64,000 nt of DNA from assembly GCA_963766715.1 (NCBI GenBank), contig CAVYBH010000011.1:128001-192000 (forward strand). Reading direction: 5' to 3'. Made by a program: the position numbers and the translations under genes. The DNA comes from an uncultured delta proteobacterium (GTDB lineage Bacteria; Myxococcota; Myxococcia; Myxococcales; Anaeromyxobacteraceae). Within the stretch, counting starts at the first letter, position 1. Each line of letters opens with the position of its first letter. A model generated the notes under the pieces. The model did no database searches. It was not told where the DNA came from and saw only the letters and a list, made by a program, of their open reading frames with translations. Of the stretch, positions 14,132 through 24,172 are shown one piece after another.

Positions 14132-15169
14132 TCAGGAGGCGAGGTGGAAGACGCCCCGGACGAGGAGGTAGATCAGGGACGCCACCAGCGCCGAGGCCGG
14201 AATCGTGAAGATCCACGCCCAGATGATGCGTCCGGCCAGGCCCCAGCGGACGGCCCGGTAGCCCTTCGTGGCCCCCACCCCGACGATGGCGCCGGTGATG
14301 GTGTGGGTGGTCGAGACCGGGATGCCGGCGTGCGAAAGGGCCAGGATCGTGACCCCGCCGCCGGTCTCGGCGGCGAAGCCCCCGATGGGTTGCAGCTTGG
14401 TGAGGCCGTAGCCCATGGTCCGGACGATGCGCCACCCGCCGAAGAAGGTGCCGAGCGCGATGGCCGAGTGGGTGAGAAGGACGATCCACCAGGTCACGTG
14501 GAAGGGACGGTCCTTCCAGATGGTGCCGTAGAGGACCACGGCGATGATGCCCATCACCTTCTGGGCGTCGTTCGACCCGTGGCTGTAGCTGAAGACGGCC
14601 GACGACACGAGCTGCAGCTTGCGGAACCAGGTGTCGACGCGCCCCGGGCGGAAGGACCGCACGAGCCAGGCGGTCAGGATCATGAGCCCCGAGCCGAGCG
14701 CCATGCCGATGAGCGGGGAGAGCACGATGAAGGCGGCGATCTTGAGGATGCCCGAGATCACGAGCCCCTTCATGCCGAGCGCCGGAAGCGTCGCCCCCAC
14801 CATCCCGCCGGCCAGCGCGTGGGAGGAGGAGGAGGGGAGTCCCCACCACCAGGTGAGCAGGTTCCAGACGATGGCGCCGATGAGCGCGGAGAAGACCACC
14901 GCCAGCACCATCTCCACGCCCTGGGCCTTCAGGAGATCGAACTGGATGATCCCCTTGCCCATGGTCTGGGCCACGCGCAGCTCGCCGCCGAAGAAGACGG
15001 GCGCCGCGGCGACGAAGTTGAAGAAGGCCGCCCAGGCCACCGCGGTGATCGGGGAGAGCACGCGGGTGGAGACGATGGTGGCGATCGAGTTCGCCGCATC
15101 GTGGAACCCATTGATGAAGTCGAACGCCAGCGCGACGACGATGATGCCGATGACGACGGCGTAGATCAT
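14132..15169 (-). CDS. PiT family inorganic phosphate transporter
   Basis: GFHDAANSIAT, GLPSSSSHAL, HGSNDAQK, PVSTTHTITGAIVGVG. Confidence 0.95.
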   Translation of the reverse strand: MIYAVVIGIIVVALAFDFINGFHDAANSIATIVSTRVLSPITAVAWAAFFNFVAAAPVFFGGELRVAQTMGKGIIQFDLLKAQGVEMVLAVVFSALIGAIVWNLLTWWWGLPSSSSHALAGGMVGATLPALGMKGLVISGILKIAAFIVLSPLIGMALGSGLMILTAWLVRSFRPGRVDTWFRKLQLVSSAVFSYSHGSNDAQKVMGIIAVVLYGTIWKDRPFHVTWWIVLLTHSAIALGTFFGGWRIVRTMGYGLTKLQPIGGFAAETGGGVTILALSHAGIPVSTTHTITGAIVGVGATKGYRAVRWGLAGRIIWAWIFTIPASALVASLIYLLVRGVFHLAS

Positions 15170-15191
15170 GTGAGGGGGCCGGCCTTGCCGG

Positions 15192-15825
15192 TCAGGTGTT
15201 CTCGAGAACGACGTTCTCGATGACGTTGGCGACGTCCTCGGCGCGATCGGTGGCGGTCTCGATCAGGTCGAGGATCTCCTTCCACTTGATGATCGTGAGG
15301 GGGTCGGCCCCGCTGCGGAAGAGGTCGGCGAGCGCGCGGCGGAGCAGCGAGTCGGCCTGGTTCTCGAGCGAGTTGATCTCCATGCACGCGTCCAGGATCC
15401 GCTTGGAATCCTTGACGTTGCGCAGCCCGTGGACCGCCTCCTGCATCTTGCGGGTCTGGGCGAGCAGCACGCGTGGCGAGCTCGCGCGCCTCGGGCAGCA
15501 CGGACTGGATGTCGTAGAGGCCGATGCGCTCGGTGGCGGCGTCGGTGAGGTCGAGGACGTCGTCGATGGCGGAGAGCAGCCGGTGGATCACCGCGCGGTC
15601 GAACGGGGTGATGAACTGCGTGTAGAGCAGCTCGAAGGCGGCGTGCGTGACGTCGTCCGCCCGGTGCTCCACGTCCTTGATTTCCTTCACCCGGCGCGGG
15701 ATGTCGGTGAAGTCCTCGAACATCTCCTTGAAGAGGCGCGCTCCCTCGACGGTGAGCGCGGCCTGCTTCTCGAAGGCATCGAAGAAGGCGTCGGTCTTGG
15801 GCATCAGCTTCGTGAGAATCGACAC
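15192..15825 (-). CDS. DUF47 / PhoU-like phosphate transport regulator (frameshift near 15470)
   Basis: LMPKTDAFFDAF, EHRADD, FITPFDR, DDVLD, ENQAD, IIKWKEI..ETATDRAEDVANVIENVVLEN; adjacent to PiT. Confidence 0.9.
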
Positions 15826-15949
15826 TTGGCGTCTCCCGAGGCGAAAAGGCGCGCGGACAATACCCTCGAACGCGTGCGGTTCCAACGGTCCGGACGTGTA
15901 TGCCAAAAAAGCGAGCCGTGGCGGCAGGTTCGGACGTTAAGGAGCCGCG

Positions 15950-17170
15950 GTGACCCAAAAACTCTACCGGGATGACGCCTACCTATCACGGTTCGATGCC
16001 ACGGTGGTCGCCGCGCGGACTCACGACGGGCGCGGCGCGATCGTGCTCGATCGAACGGCCTTCTACCCGGAGGGCGGGGGGCAGCCGGGCGACCGGGGCC
16101 GCATCGGCGGCGCCCGGGTCGAGGACGTGATCGAGGTCGAGGGGGAGGTGCTCCACCTGCTCGCCCCCGGGGAGCCACCGGCCGCCGGGGCGCGCGTCGC
16201 CTGCGAGGTCGACTGGGACCGCCGGTTCGATCACATGCAGCAGCACCACGGCCAGCACCTGCTCTCGGCGGTCTTCGCCCGGCTCCACGACGCGGCGACC
16301 GTCTCGTTCCACCTGGGAGCCGAGACCTGCACCATCGACCTCGACCTTCCCCCGGCCCGCCTGCCCCACGAGGCGCTCGCGGCCGCGGAGGCCGAGGCGA
16401 ACCGGCTGGTCTGGCGCGACCTCGAGGTGGAAGCACGGGAACGCTCGCCGGAGGAGATCGCCGCGCTTCCCCTGCGGAAGGACGCGGTGAAGGGGACGCG
16501 CATCGTGGTCGTCTCGGGCGGGCGCGGGGGGGAGGCGGAGGTGGTGGACGCCTCTCCGTGCGGCGGGACGCATCCGAGGCGGACCGGGGAGGTCGGCGCC
16601 GTGGCCGTGCTCCGCGCCCAGAAATGGGGCGCCGGAACCCGCGTCGAGTTCGCCTGCGGCGCGCGGGTCCTCGCCGCGCTCCACCGGGCCGAGGAGCGGC
16701 TCGGGCAGGCCAGCGCGTCCCTGCGCTGCTCGCCGGCCGAGCTTCCGGCCGCCGCCGCCAAGCTGGCGGAGGAGGGGCAGGGGCGGCGGAAGGAGGTCGA
16801 GCGGCTGGTCGCGGCGCTGGCCGAGGGCGAGGCCGAGCGGCTCCTGCGCTCCCGGCCGGAGGGCGGGCCCATCGTGGGGCGCCTGGAAGGAGACCTGGCC
16901 ACGGCGGCCGGGCTCCGGGCGGTGGCGCAGGCGCTCGCCGGTCGCGGCCGCGTCGCGCTCCTCGGGGGCGTCGACGCCGACCGGGCGAATCTCTGCTTCG
17001 CCCGCCCGCGGGGGCCCGGCGTCCACCTCGGAGAGGTCCTCCGGGAGGCCGCGAGCGTCCTGGGCGGCAAGGGAGGAGGCTCCCCCGACCTCGCCCAGGG
17101 CGCCGGGACGGACGTCCCCCGGCTCGACGAGGCGCTCGCCGCGGCGGCGGCGCGGGTCCCGGTGGGGTGA
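15950..17170 (+). CDS. AlaX-L type alanyl-tRNA editing protein with C-terminal DHHA1 domain
   Basis: TAFYPEGGGQPGD, MQQHHGQHLLS, CGGTH, GGKGGG..LAQG. Confidence 0.92.
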   Translation: MTQKLYRDDAYLSRFDATVVAARTHDGRGAIVLDRTAFYPEGGGQPGDRGRIGGARVEDVIEVEGEVLHLLAPGEPPAAGARVACEVDWDRRFDHMQQHHGQHLLSAVFARLHDAATVSFHLGAETCTIDLDLPPARLPHEALAAAEAEANRLVWRDLEVEARERSPEEIAALPLRKDAVKGTRIVVVSGGRGGEAEVVDASPCGGTHPRRTGEVGAVAVLRAQKWGAGTRVEFACGARVLAALHRAEERLGQASASLRCSPAELPAAAAKLAEEGQGRRKEVERLVAALAEGEAERLLRSRPEGGPIVGRLEGDLATAAGLRAVAQALAGRGRVALLGGVDADRANLCFARPRGPGVHLGEVLREAASVLGGKGGGSPDLAQGAGTDVPRLDEALAAAAARVPVG

Positions 17171-17233
17171 GCGGCCCCCCGGGGACGGTCGCCGATTCGA
17201 CCGATCCCGCGGCCGGTGGCACGATTCGGCCCG

Positions 17234-17749
17234 ATGCCCATCGATCTCGGCGATCCCTCGCGCTGGCGCGACACGTTCCCGGCCCGCCAGCCGGCGAGCA
17301 GCGAGGTCGCGGCCGGCGCCGTGAGCGGGCTCGTGGCCGGGCTGGTCGGGTGGTCGCTGGCGATCCTGTTCACTCCCAGTCATCTGGGCGCGGTGCACTC
17401 GCTGCGGATCGTGGCGGCCACCTTCTTCGGCACCGCGGCCCTCGACCCGGACCACGTCGGGCTGCCGGCCTTCGTGGGCGCGCTGCTCGCCGGCATGACC
17501 GCCATCGCCTTCGGGCTGGTCTTCGTGAGCATCCTGCGCCCGGCCGCCCCGGTCCGCCGCGCCCTGCTGGTGGGCGCGCTCTACGGAGCGGTCCTCTACT
17601 TCCCGGCCTGGTTCGGGATGGTGCAGCTCCTCGACCCGCTCCTCTACCAGGCGGGGCAGGGCATCCCGGGGCTGATCCTGGCCCTTCACGTCCTGTACGG
17701 GTTGACGCTGGGCTTCCTCGTCCCGCTCCTGCGCAAGATCCTGCCGTAG
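17234..17749 (+). CDS. hypothetical 4-TM membrane protein
   Basis: Four hydrophobic helices, ALHVLYGLTLG; start uncertain (17216 or 17234). Confidence 0.7.
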   Translation: MPIDLGDPSRWRDTFPARQPASSEVAAGAVSGLVAGLVGWSLAILFTPSHLGAVHSLRIVAATFFGTAALDPDHVGLPAFVGALLAGMTAIAFGLVFVSILRPAAPVRRALLVGALYGAVLYFPAWFGMVQLLDPLLYQAGQGIPGLILALHVLYGLTLGFLVPLLRKILP

Positions 17750-17772
17750 CCAGCGAGCGAGCCACCGGCGGG

Positions 17773-18042
17773 CTAGCCGGGCCGGCGCAGCGAGACCAGC
17801 GTGGCTCCCCAGCCGCCGGCGTCCTCGCCGGCCGTGCGGAAGGAAGCCACGAGCGGGTGGCGGCGCAGGGCCGCCTCGACCGTCCGCCGCAGCGCGCCGA
17901 TCCCCTTGCCGTGGACGACCCGCACCTCGAGGATTCCCGCCTCCGCGCAGGCCTCGAGGTAGTCGGCGACGACGTCGCCCACGTCCTGCGGGCGGAACGC
18001 GTGGAGGTCGAGCGTTCCGTCGATGGGGAGGCGGTGGGTCAG
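17773..18042 (-). CDS. Smr/MutS2 domain protein
   Basis: PIDGTLDLH, VRVVHGKGIGALR, GGWGATLV; start uncertain (possible CTG overlapping the upstream stop). Confidence 0.85.
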   Translation of the reverse strand: MTHRLPIDGTLDLHAFRPQDVGDVVADYLEACAEAGILEVRVVHGKGIGALRRTVEAALRRHPLVASFRTAGEDAGGWGATLVSLRRPG

Positions 18043-18849
18043 AAGGCGAGCATCAGGCCGACCGGGGGCATCCGCAAGCCGGTGCCGGGCGCCGGGCGGC
18101 GTACCGGGCGCGGGGCTCGGAGAGTGGAAGATGCGGGGAATCGCCCACCCGACCAGGCCGCCGACGGCCGAGCCGATGAGGATGTCCGTCCAGTAGTGCT
18201 GGTCGGCCGCGATGCGGAGGTAGCCGACCGCGGCCGACAGGGTGAACCCCACGCCGGCCACGATCCCCACGCCGGCGTAGCCGCGCATGGCGGCCACCGT
18301 GACCGTGGCCGCGGTGACCGAGAAGGCGAAGGACGTGTGACCCCCGTAGAAGGAGAGGTTGTCCTCGCTCTTCGCGTACCCGACGTCGTTGTCGAAGAAG
18401 GCGTAGGGGCGCTTGCGCCCGACGAGCAGCTTCACCGCCTGGTTCAGGAGCAACGCCGCGGCGGCGGCCTCGGTCACGAGCAGCGTGTCCACCATTCCCG
18501 CGCTGAACTCCCCGCCGCCGTTCGCCGAGAGGAGCAGGTAGGTCGCGGCCGAGGCGGGGATCGCGGCGTCGAGGATGGTGGAAAGGGTGTCGGCGGTTCG
18601 CTCGCCGCCCTTCCAGACCAGGGCGTTGCGCACGTCCACGTCGATGCCCGGCGGCGTGCACCAGTGGCAGCTCTTCGGCAGCAGCTCGGGCTGGTAGATC
18701 GCGAGGAGCAGGACCGACAGCCCCAGCGCGCCGGTGATGGAGGCGTCGAGGGCGAGGTTGTACTGGAGCGGGACGGGGGGCTCCGCGCCTCGAGCAGGCA
18801 CGGCGACGGCGAAGAGGAGCGCCAGGGCGATGGAGCGCAGGGCGTGCAC
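18039..18849 (-). CDS. PAP2 family phosphatase with signal peptide (probable frameshift near 18090)
   Basis: KLLVGRKRP, SFYGGHTS, RIAADQHYWTD (PAP2 motifs 1-3); alternative frame ends GLMLAF*. Confidence 0.88.
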
Positions 18850-18888
18850 CGGCGCACTCTAGCATCGGGTGCGTGGTAGATTCGCTCG

Positions 18889-19736
18889 ATGCGTCTCGCG
18901 CCGGTCGCCGTGCTCCTCGCCGTCTGCCTCGCCGCCCCTCCCGCCCGCGCCGCGGACGACGCGCCCGCGGGCCCGCCTCGGCCCCTGCGCCGGCCCCCGT
19001 CCCGAAGCTCACCAAGCTCTCCTACGACTGGACGGTCGACGGCATCGTCACGGGCGGCCTGGCCGTGAGCACGCTCACCCTGATGCTCCTCGACAAGAGC
19101 CTGGCGCCGCTCGACTGCAAGTGGTGCACGCCGAGCACCTGGGAGGGAAACCTCTCGAACTCCGCCAAGTGGTCGAACCCCGCCACGGCCAACACGATCT
19201 CGAACGTCATGGAGTTCGTCGTGCCGGTGGGGGTCATGGGCTTCGGGCTCATCCAGGCGTACCGGTACGGCGACCCGGCGGCGGGCTGGTCGGACGTCCT
19301 GCTCATCACCGAGGCCACGAGCCTCGCCATGCTCGCGAACGTGATCGTGAAGTACACGACGGGACGGGCCCGGCCCTACGTCTGGCAGGGAAACCCGGAC
19401 CTCTACCCGGCGACCGCCTCCGACGCGAACGTCTCCTTCTTCGGCGGCCACACCACCTTCGTCTTCGCGGTGGTGGTCTCGGGAAGCACCCTCTTCTTCA
19501 TGCAGGACATGCCGGGCGCCCCCTACGTCCTCGGCGTGGGGCTCGCCGTCGCCGGCTTCACCGGCTATCTGCGGATGGCCGCGGACAAGCACTACCTCTC
19601 CGACGTCGTCGTCGGCGCGGCGGTGGGAAGCCTGGTCGGCTGGGCGGTTCCCTACCTCTTCCACCGGCCCGGCAAGGGAGCGCCGCAGGCGGGCGACCTC
19701 CTCCCCGCACCTGGCGGAGTCGCCATCGCCTGGTAG
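18889..19736 (+). CDS. PAP2 family phosphatase with signal peptide (frameshift near 18980)
   Basis: ATG 18889 MRLAPVAVLLAVCLAAPPARA; KYTTGRARP, SFFGGHTT, RMAADKHYLSD. Confidence 0.88.
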
Positions 19737-21778
19737 TCACTCGTTCGGCGAGACGCGGAATCCCAGGCTCAGGCTGAGGATCTCGCCCGTGTTGAACGGG
19801 CTCGCCTGCCAGGCGAGCGTCGGCGCCTGCACGAGGAACTCGACCATCCCCGCGCTCAGCACCAGCCCGAGTCGCGAGCCGGCCGTGAGGTAGTACTGGT
19901 TGGGAGGCGAGCCGTGGACGCTGGGCGCGCCGTCGTCGATCCCGATCCCGCGGATCTTGGGGCCGCCCTCGACGCGCACCGGGACCAGCGAGATCCCGAT
20001 CGACCGGACGAAGTACCACCGGACCTCGGCGGCTCCGACGAACGTGAGGTAGCTCGTCTCGGGGCTCGTGCTGCGGATCCCGGCCTCCAGCGAGCCGCCG
20101 TAGGCGGTGGGCAGCCGCTCTCCCCAGGGATTGCGATCCCACATCAGGCGGGCGCCGACGGCCGCGAGCCCGCCCATCACCGAGCTGTCCGATGCGGAAG
20201 CCTGCGGGATGGGCGTCGCGTCGAGGAAGAGCGACAGGCTGGTCTCCCGCCCCTTGAGCCGTCCGTACCAGAGCGGCTCGGGCGCCCACTCGTCGTCGTG
20301 GCGCAGGACGGCCTCGTGCTCGTGGTGGGTGAGGCGACCGCCGGCGACCCGCTTTCGCGTGGGCGTGTAGCCCACGACCACGCCGAAGGACCAGTCGAGG
20401 CGCACCCGCCGCCAGTCGATCTCGACCGGGCCGAGCAGGGAGATGGAGAGGTTCTCGGTGGCGTGGAACTCGTACATGAGCCCCTGCGAGAAGATCTCCC
20501 AGCCTCCGGCCGGAGCTTCCGAAGGTGTAGCGCCCGCCGAGCGGATAGAAGCCGAGGCCCGACCGGTGGTCGAGCGGCACGCCGAGGATGAGCCCGGCCC
20601 CGACGACGCCCAGGCTGGCCGGCGTCCCGTAGAGCCACCGGTATCCCGCCTCGGCGTCGAGCCCGAAGACGAAGGGGCTCAGCTGACTGCGTCCACTGGA
20701 CCAGCCGGAAGCGCGCCGTGACGTCCAGGTAACGCTGGCTCGGATTGACGGTCACCCCGCCGCCCAGGAGCATGCCGCTCGTCTCGACGAGCTCGGCCGG
20801 CTGCTTCGCCCGGCACTCCTCGCCCGCGCACGGGTTCACCGGGGTGAACCACCGGGTGGAGAACCGCTTCCAGGCCTCCGACTTCTGGGGCTCGGTCTCG
20901 GTGCCGGGCGGGGAGGCGAGCTGGGCCCGGCGCAGGTCGCGCACCAGGACGAGCAGCTCGACGAGCGCCTGTCGCGCCAGGTTTCCCTCCTCGGACAGGC
21001 ACGCGACCGGAACCGTGTAGGGGAGGTCGGTGAGCTCCCTGCAGGGTCGCCCCTTGTTGACCGCGAAGACCCGGATGTAGGCGCCGTCGCGCGGGTCCTC
21101 GGCGTCGTGCTGGAGCGGGGAGTCGGCGTAGTAGTCGCTGAGGCTGCTCACGAGCAGCCCCGAGATGGGTCCCCAGACGCGCAGGTAGTCGATCTCGTGC
21201 GTCCCCGGCCTCCGCTCGGTGTGGGCGTAGGAGAAGGAGTCGGTGACGGAGTGCATGAGCTCGTACAGGCCGTACCCGCTCTCTCGCGTGGCGATGCCGC
21301 CCACGACCACGATCTGCCGCAGCATGTCGTCGAGCAGGTTCTTGCAGCGGGCGAGTGCGGTGGTGGCGAGGCCGCGCGGCACGTGCCGTCCCGGAAGCGG
21401 GACGGAGCCCTCGTCGGCGAGGACCCCCATGAAGTGGATGCACTGCCCCGGGCTGCTGAACTGGCGGCTGTAGTTCTGGTCGGGCCGATCCGTCATCGGC
21501 TGGGGCCACGCCAGCAGCGGATTCTCCGACGCGACCGTGCGACACGCTCGTGGCGGGTCGGCGCCGTTCCCGAAGCAGACCGGGGCCTGGAGCGCCCCGT
21601 CGTTGATGAGGTCGCGGAGCACGTCGGGCCGGGGCGGCTGGCCTTCGTCCCCTTCGATCAGGGTCCGGTAGGCCGAGGCCTCGATGACCACGTGCCCCTG
21701 CGTGTCGAAGGCGAGGCTCGACGCCGGAATGGCGAGGAGCGACATTCCGAGAACGAACGATGTCCCCCGGCTCCACAC
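19737..21778 (-). CDS. secreted hypothetical protein: Zn-dependent PLC/P1-nuclease-like N-terminal domain plus beta-strand-rich C-terminal region (frameshifts near 20680 and 20500)
   Basis: Signal peptide ending SSLA-FDTQGH; CIHFM; ELMHSVTDSFSYAH; QHDAED; C-terminal amphipathic strands. Confidence 0.55.
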
Positions 21779-21888
21779 GGACGCTCGCTCCTGTCTGGCT
21801 CTGGCGATCTAGACGCTGCCGTTCGCCGAAAAGCAATCGCGCCGGGGACCGCGCGGAAGTCGGCCCGCCGAGGTAGATCCGTTCCCTC

Positions 21889-23760
21889 GTGACCGGGCCC
21901 GTCGACCTCGCCGCCCACCTGGCCCGCCTCGCCACCCTGCTCGCCTCCGAGCGGGAGGAGGAGAAGGCCCGGCTCGCCGACGCGGCGGCCCGGCTCTCGC
22001 TTTCCGAGCGGGAGGCGCGAGGCCTGGCGCTCGCCGACGTCGAGGCGCTCGACGAGGCGGTCCTGGCGGGGCGGTCCCTCGTCACCTACGGGAAACCCGG
22101 TCGGCCGCTGGGCGCCTCGCGCATCGGGGTGGGCTCGCTCGTCCGGGTGGAGCTTCGCCGCGAGAAGCGGGACGACGCGCCCTCGGGCGTGGTGGCGCGC
22201 CGGAGCCGGGACCGGGTCGGGGTGGTGTTCGACGAGCCGCCCCCCGACTGGGCGACGGCCGGGCGCGTGGCGCTCGAGCTCGTCCCCTCGCCGGTCACCT
22301 GGGAGCGCCTCTCCGCCGGCCTGCGGCGCGCCGGCTCCCCGGAAGGGAAGCGATGGCACGCCGTCCTGGCCGGGGAGGGGCCGCGGTTCCTGCCCGCCCC
22401 GCGTGGGCCGGCGCTCGAGACGACGCTGGCGCCGGAGCAGCAGGCCGCGCTCGACCTCGCCGACCGCGCCCTCGACGTGGCGCTCGTCCACGGGCCGCCT
22501 GGCACCGGGAAGACGACGGTGCTCGTCGAGGTGATCCGGCGGGCCGTGGCGCGGGGCGAGAAGGTGCTCGCCGCGGCGCCGTCCAACCTGGCCGCCGACA
22601 ACCTGCTCGAGCGGCTGGTGGCGGCGGGCGTGGACGGCGTTCGCGTCGGCCACCCTGCCCGCGTCGTGCCGGCGCTGCTCGACCGGACGCTCGAGGCCCG
22701 GGTCGAGGGAAGCGAGTCGGCGCGGATCGCCGCGGGGCTGGTCGAGGAGGCGCTCGCCCTGCGCCGCGAGGCGCGGAAGCGGAAGGAGAAGCGCGGTCCG
22801 GGCCGGTTCAGCCAGTCCCGCGGAGCGGAGCGGCAGGCCCGGGAGCTCCTCGCCGAGGCGCGCGCCCTCGAGGATCGCGCCGAGCGGGAGGTCCTCGACC
22901 GGGCGCCGGTCGTCGTGGCGACGCTCACCGGCGTGGACGCGCCGGTGCTCTCGGGGCGCCGCTTCGCGCTGGCGGTGGTGGACGAGGCGACCCAGGCCGT
23001 CGAGCCGGCGGCCATCCTGGCGCTCCTGCGGGCGGACCGGGCGGTGCTCGCCGGCGACCACCTCCAGCTTCCACCCACCGTGATCTCGTCGTCGGCTTCC
23101 GAGGGCGGCCTGGGGGTCTCGCTCTTCGAGCGGCTGGCGGAGGCGCACGGCGCGGCCGCGATGGTGACGCTGGCCGAGCAGCGCCGGATGAACGAGGCCA
23201 TCATGCGGTTCCCCTCCGAGGCGCTCTACGGGGGACGGCTCCGGGCCCACCCGTCCGTGGCCGGATGGCGGCTCGACGAGGAGCCGTTCCTCTTCGTGGA
23301 CACGGCCGGGACCGGCTTCGAGGAGGGGGCACCGGAGGGCTCCGAGTCTCGCCACAACGAGGGCGAGGCCGACCTCGTCGTGCGGGAGGTGGAGCGGGTG
23401 CTGGCCCTCGGCCTGTCGCCGGCGGACCTGGCCGTGATCTCGCCCTACGACGCGCAGGTGCAGCGGATCCGCCAGCTGCTGGCCGCCCGGGTGGAGGAGG
23501 GGCTCGAGGTGGACACGGTGGACGGCTTCCAGGGACGGGAGAAGGAGGCGGTGGTGGTGTCGCTCGTGCGGTCCAACGATGACGGGGAGGTGGGATTCCT
23601 CGCCGACGTCCGGCGCATGAACGTGGCCATCACCCGGGCGCGGAAGAAGCTCGTCGTGATCGGCGACTCGGCCACCGTGGCGCGCCACCCGTTCTACGAG
23701 CGATTCGTTCGCCATGCGCAGGAGACCGGTGCGTGGGCGAGCGCGTGGGGGCGCGAGTAG
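21889..23760 (+). CDS. SF1 helicase, IGHMBP2/DNA2-NAM7 (Upf1-like) family
   Basis: HGPPGTGKT, APSNLAADN, VDEATQ, GDHLQLPP, SLFERL, QRRM, ISPYDAQV, TVDGFQGREK, RRMNVAITRAR. Confidence 0.95.
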   Translation: MTGPVDLAAHLARLATLLASEREEEKARLADAAARLSLSEREARGLALADVEALDEAVLAGRSLVTYGKPGRPLGASRIGVGSLVRVELRREKRDDAPSGVVARRSRDRVGVVFDEPPPDWATAGRVALELVPSPVTWERLSAGLRRAGSPEGKRWHAVLAGEGPRFLPAPRGPALETTLAPEQQAALDLADRALDVALVHGPPGTGKTTVLVEVIRRAVARGEKVLAAAPSNLAADNLLERLVAAGVDGVRVGHPARVVPALLDRTLEARVEGSESARIAAGLVEEALALRREARKRKEKRGPGRFSQSRGAERQARELLAEARALEDRAEREVLDRAPVVVATLTGVDAPVLSGRRFALAVVDEATQAVEPAAILALLRADRAVLAGDHLQLPPTVISSSASEGGLGVSLFERLAEAHGAAAMVTLAEQRRMNEAIMRFPSEALYGGRLRAHPSVAGWRLDEEPFLFVDTAGTGFEEGAPEGSESRHNEGEADLVVREVERVLALGLSPADLAVISPYDAQVQRIRQLLAARVEEGLEVDTVDGFQGREKEAVVVSLVRSNDDGEVGFLADVRRMNVAITRARKKLVVIGDSATVARHPFYERFVRHAQETGAWASAWGRE

Positions 23761-24126
23761 CGGGCGACGCCGCGGGTGCTTGGGTGCCGCCGGCGACGGA
23801 CGCCCCTCTCCGCAGCGCTTGTCCTCGGGATCGTCGCCCGCGACCGGGTTGGCGACGAGGCACCGCCTGCGCGGACCTGCGAAGTCCTCGTCGCCCCTGC
23901 GGAGGCGCTGCTGCGAGTGGCGCTCGTCGCCGGCTGGCTCGATCGTCCGCGACGGGCGGCGCGAGCCCGCCTGCGCGACCGCGAGCCCGTCGCCCACGCA
24001 CCCCGGTGGGCCTCGTCGCGGGGCGCATCCGCAGCGACCCGCCGCGACCCCGAGCCCTCGCAGGGGGGACCGAGCGCCCGCGACGAGGCCCCCGGGCGAG
24101 GACCGAGCGCCCTCAGCGACGAGGCC
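23761..24126. repeat. intergenic cluster of GC-rich inverted and direct repeats (GCGACG/CGTCGC core), REP-like
   Basis: Stems 23761-69/23832-40, 23851-60/23886-95, 23949-57/23985-93 and 24008-26/24074-91. Direct repeat GGACCGAGCGCCC at 24067 and 24100. Confidence 0.55.
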
Positions 24127-24172
24127 TCACGGGTCGGGTGCGCCGGCGCCGGCGTCGGGTTACGCTCGTCTC

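Noticed and set aside
17216..17232. sigma54 promoter (TGGCACG...)
   Set aside because: The -12 TTGC element is absent at the required spacing
17773..18849. Novel PAP2-Smr fusion protein
   Set aside because: More simply explained by one indel near 18090, since the alternative frame gives a C-terminus like the paralogous PAP2. Kept only as a low-interest finding.
23761..24126. CRISPR array
   Set aside because: No constant-length identical repeats with unique spacers, and no cas genes in the window
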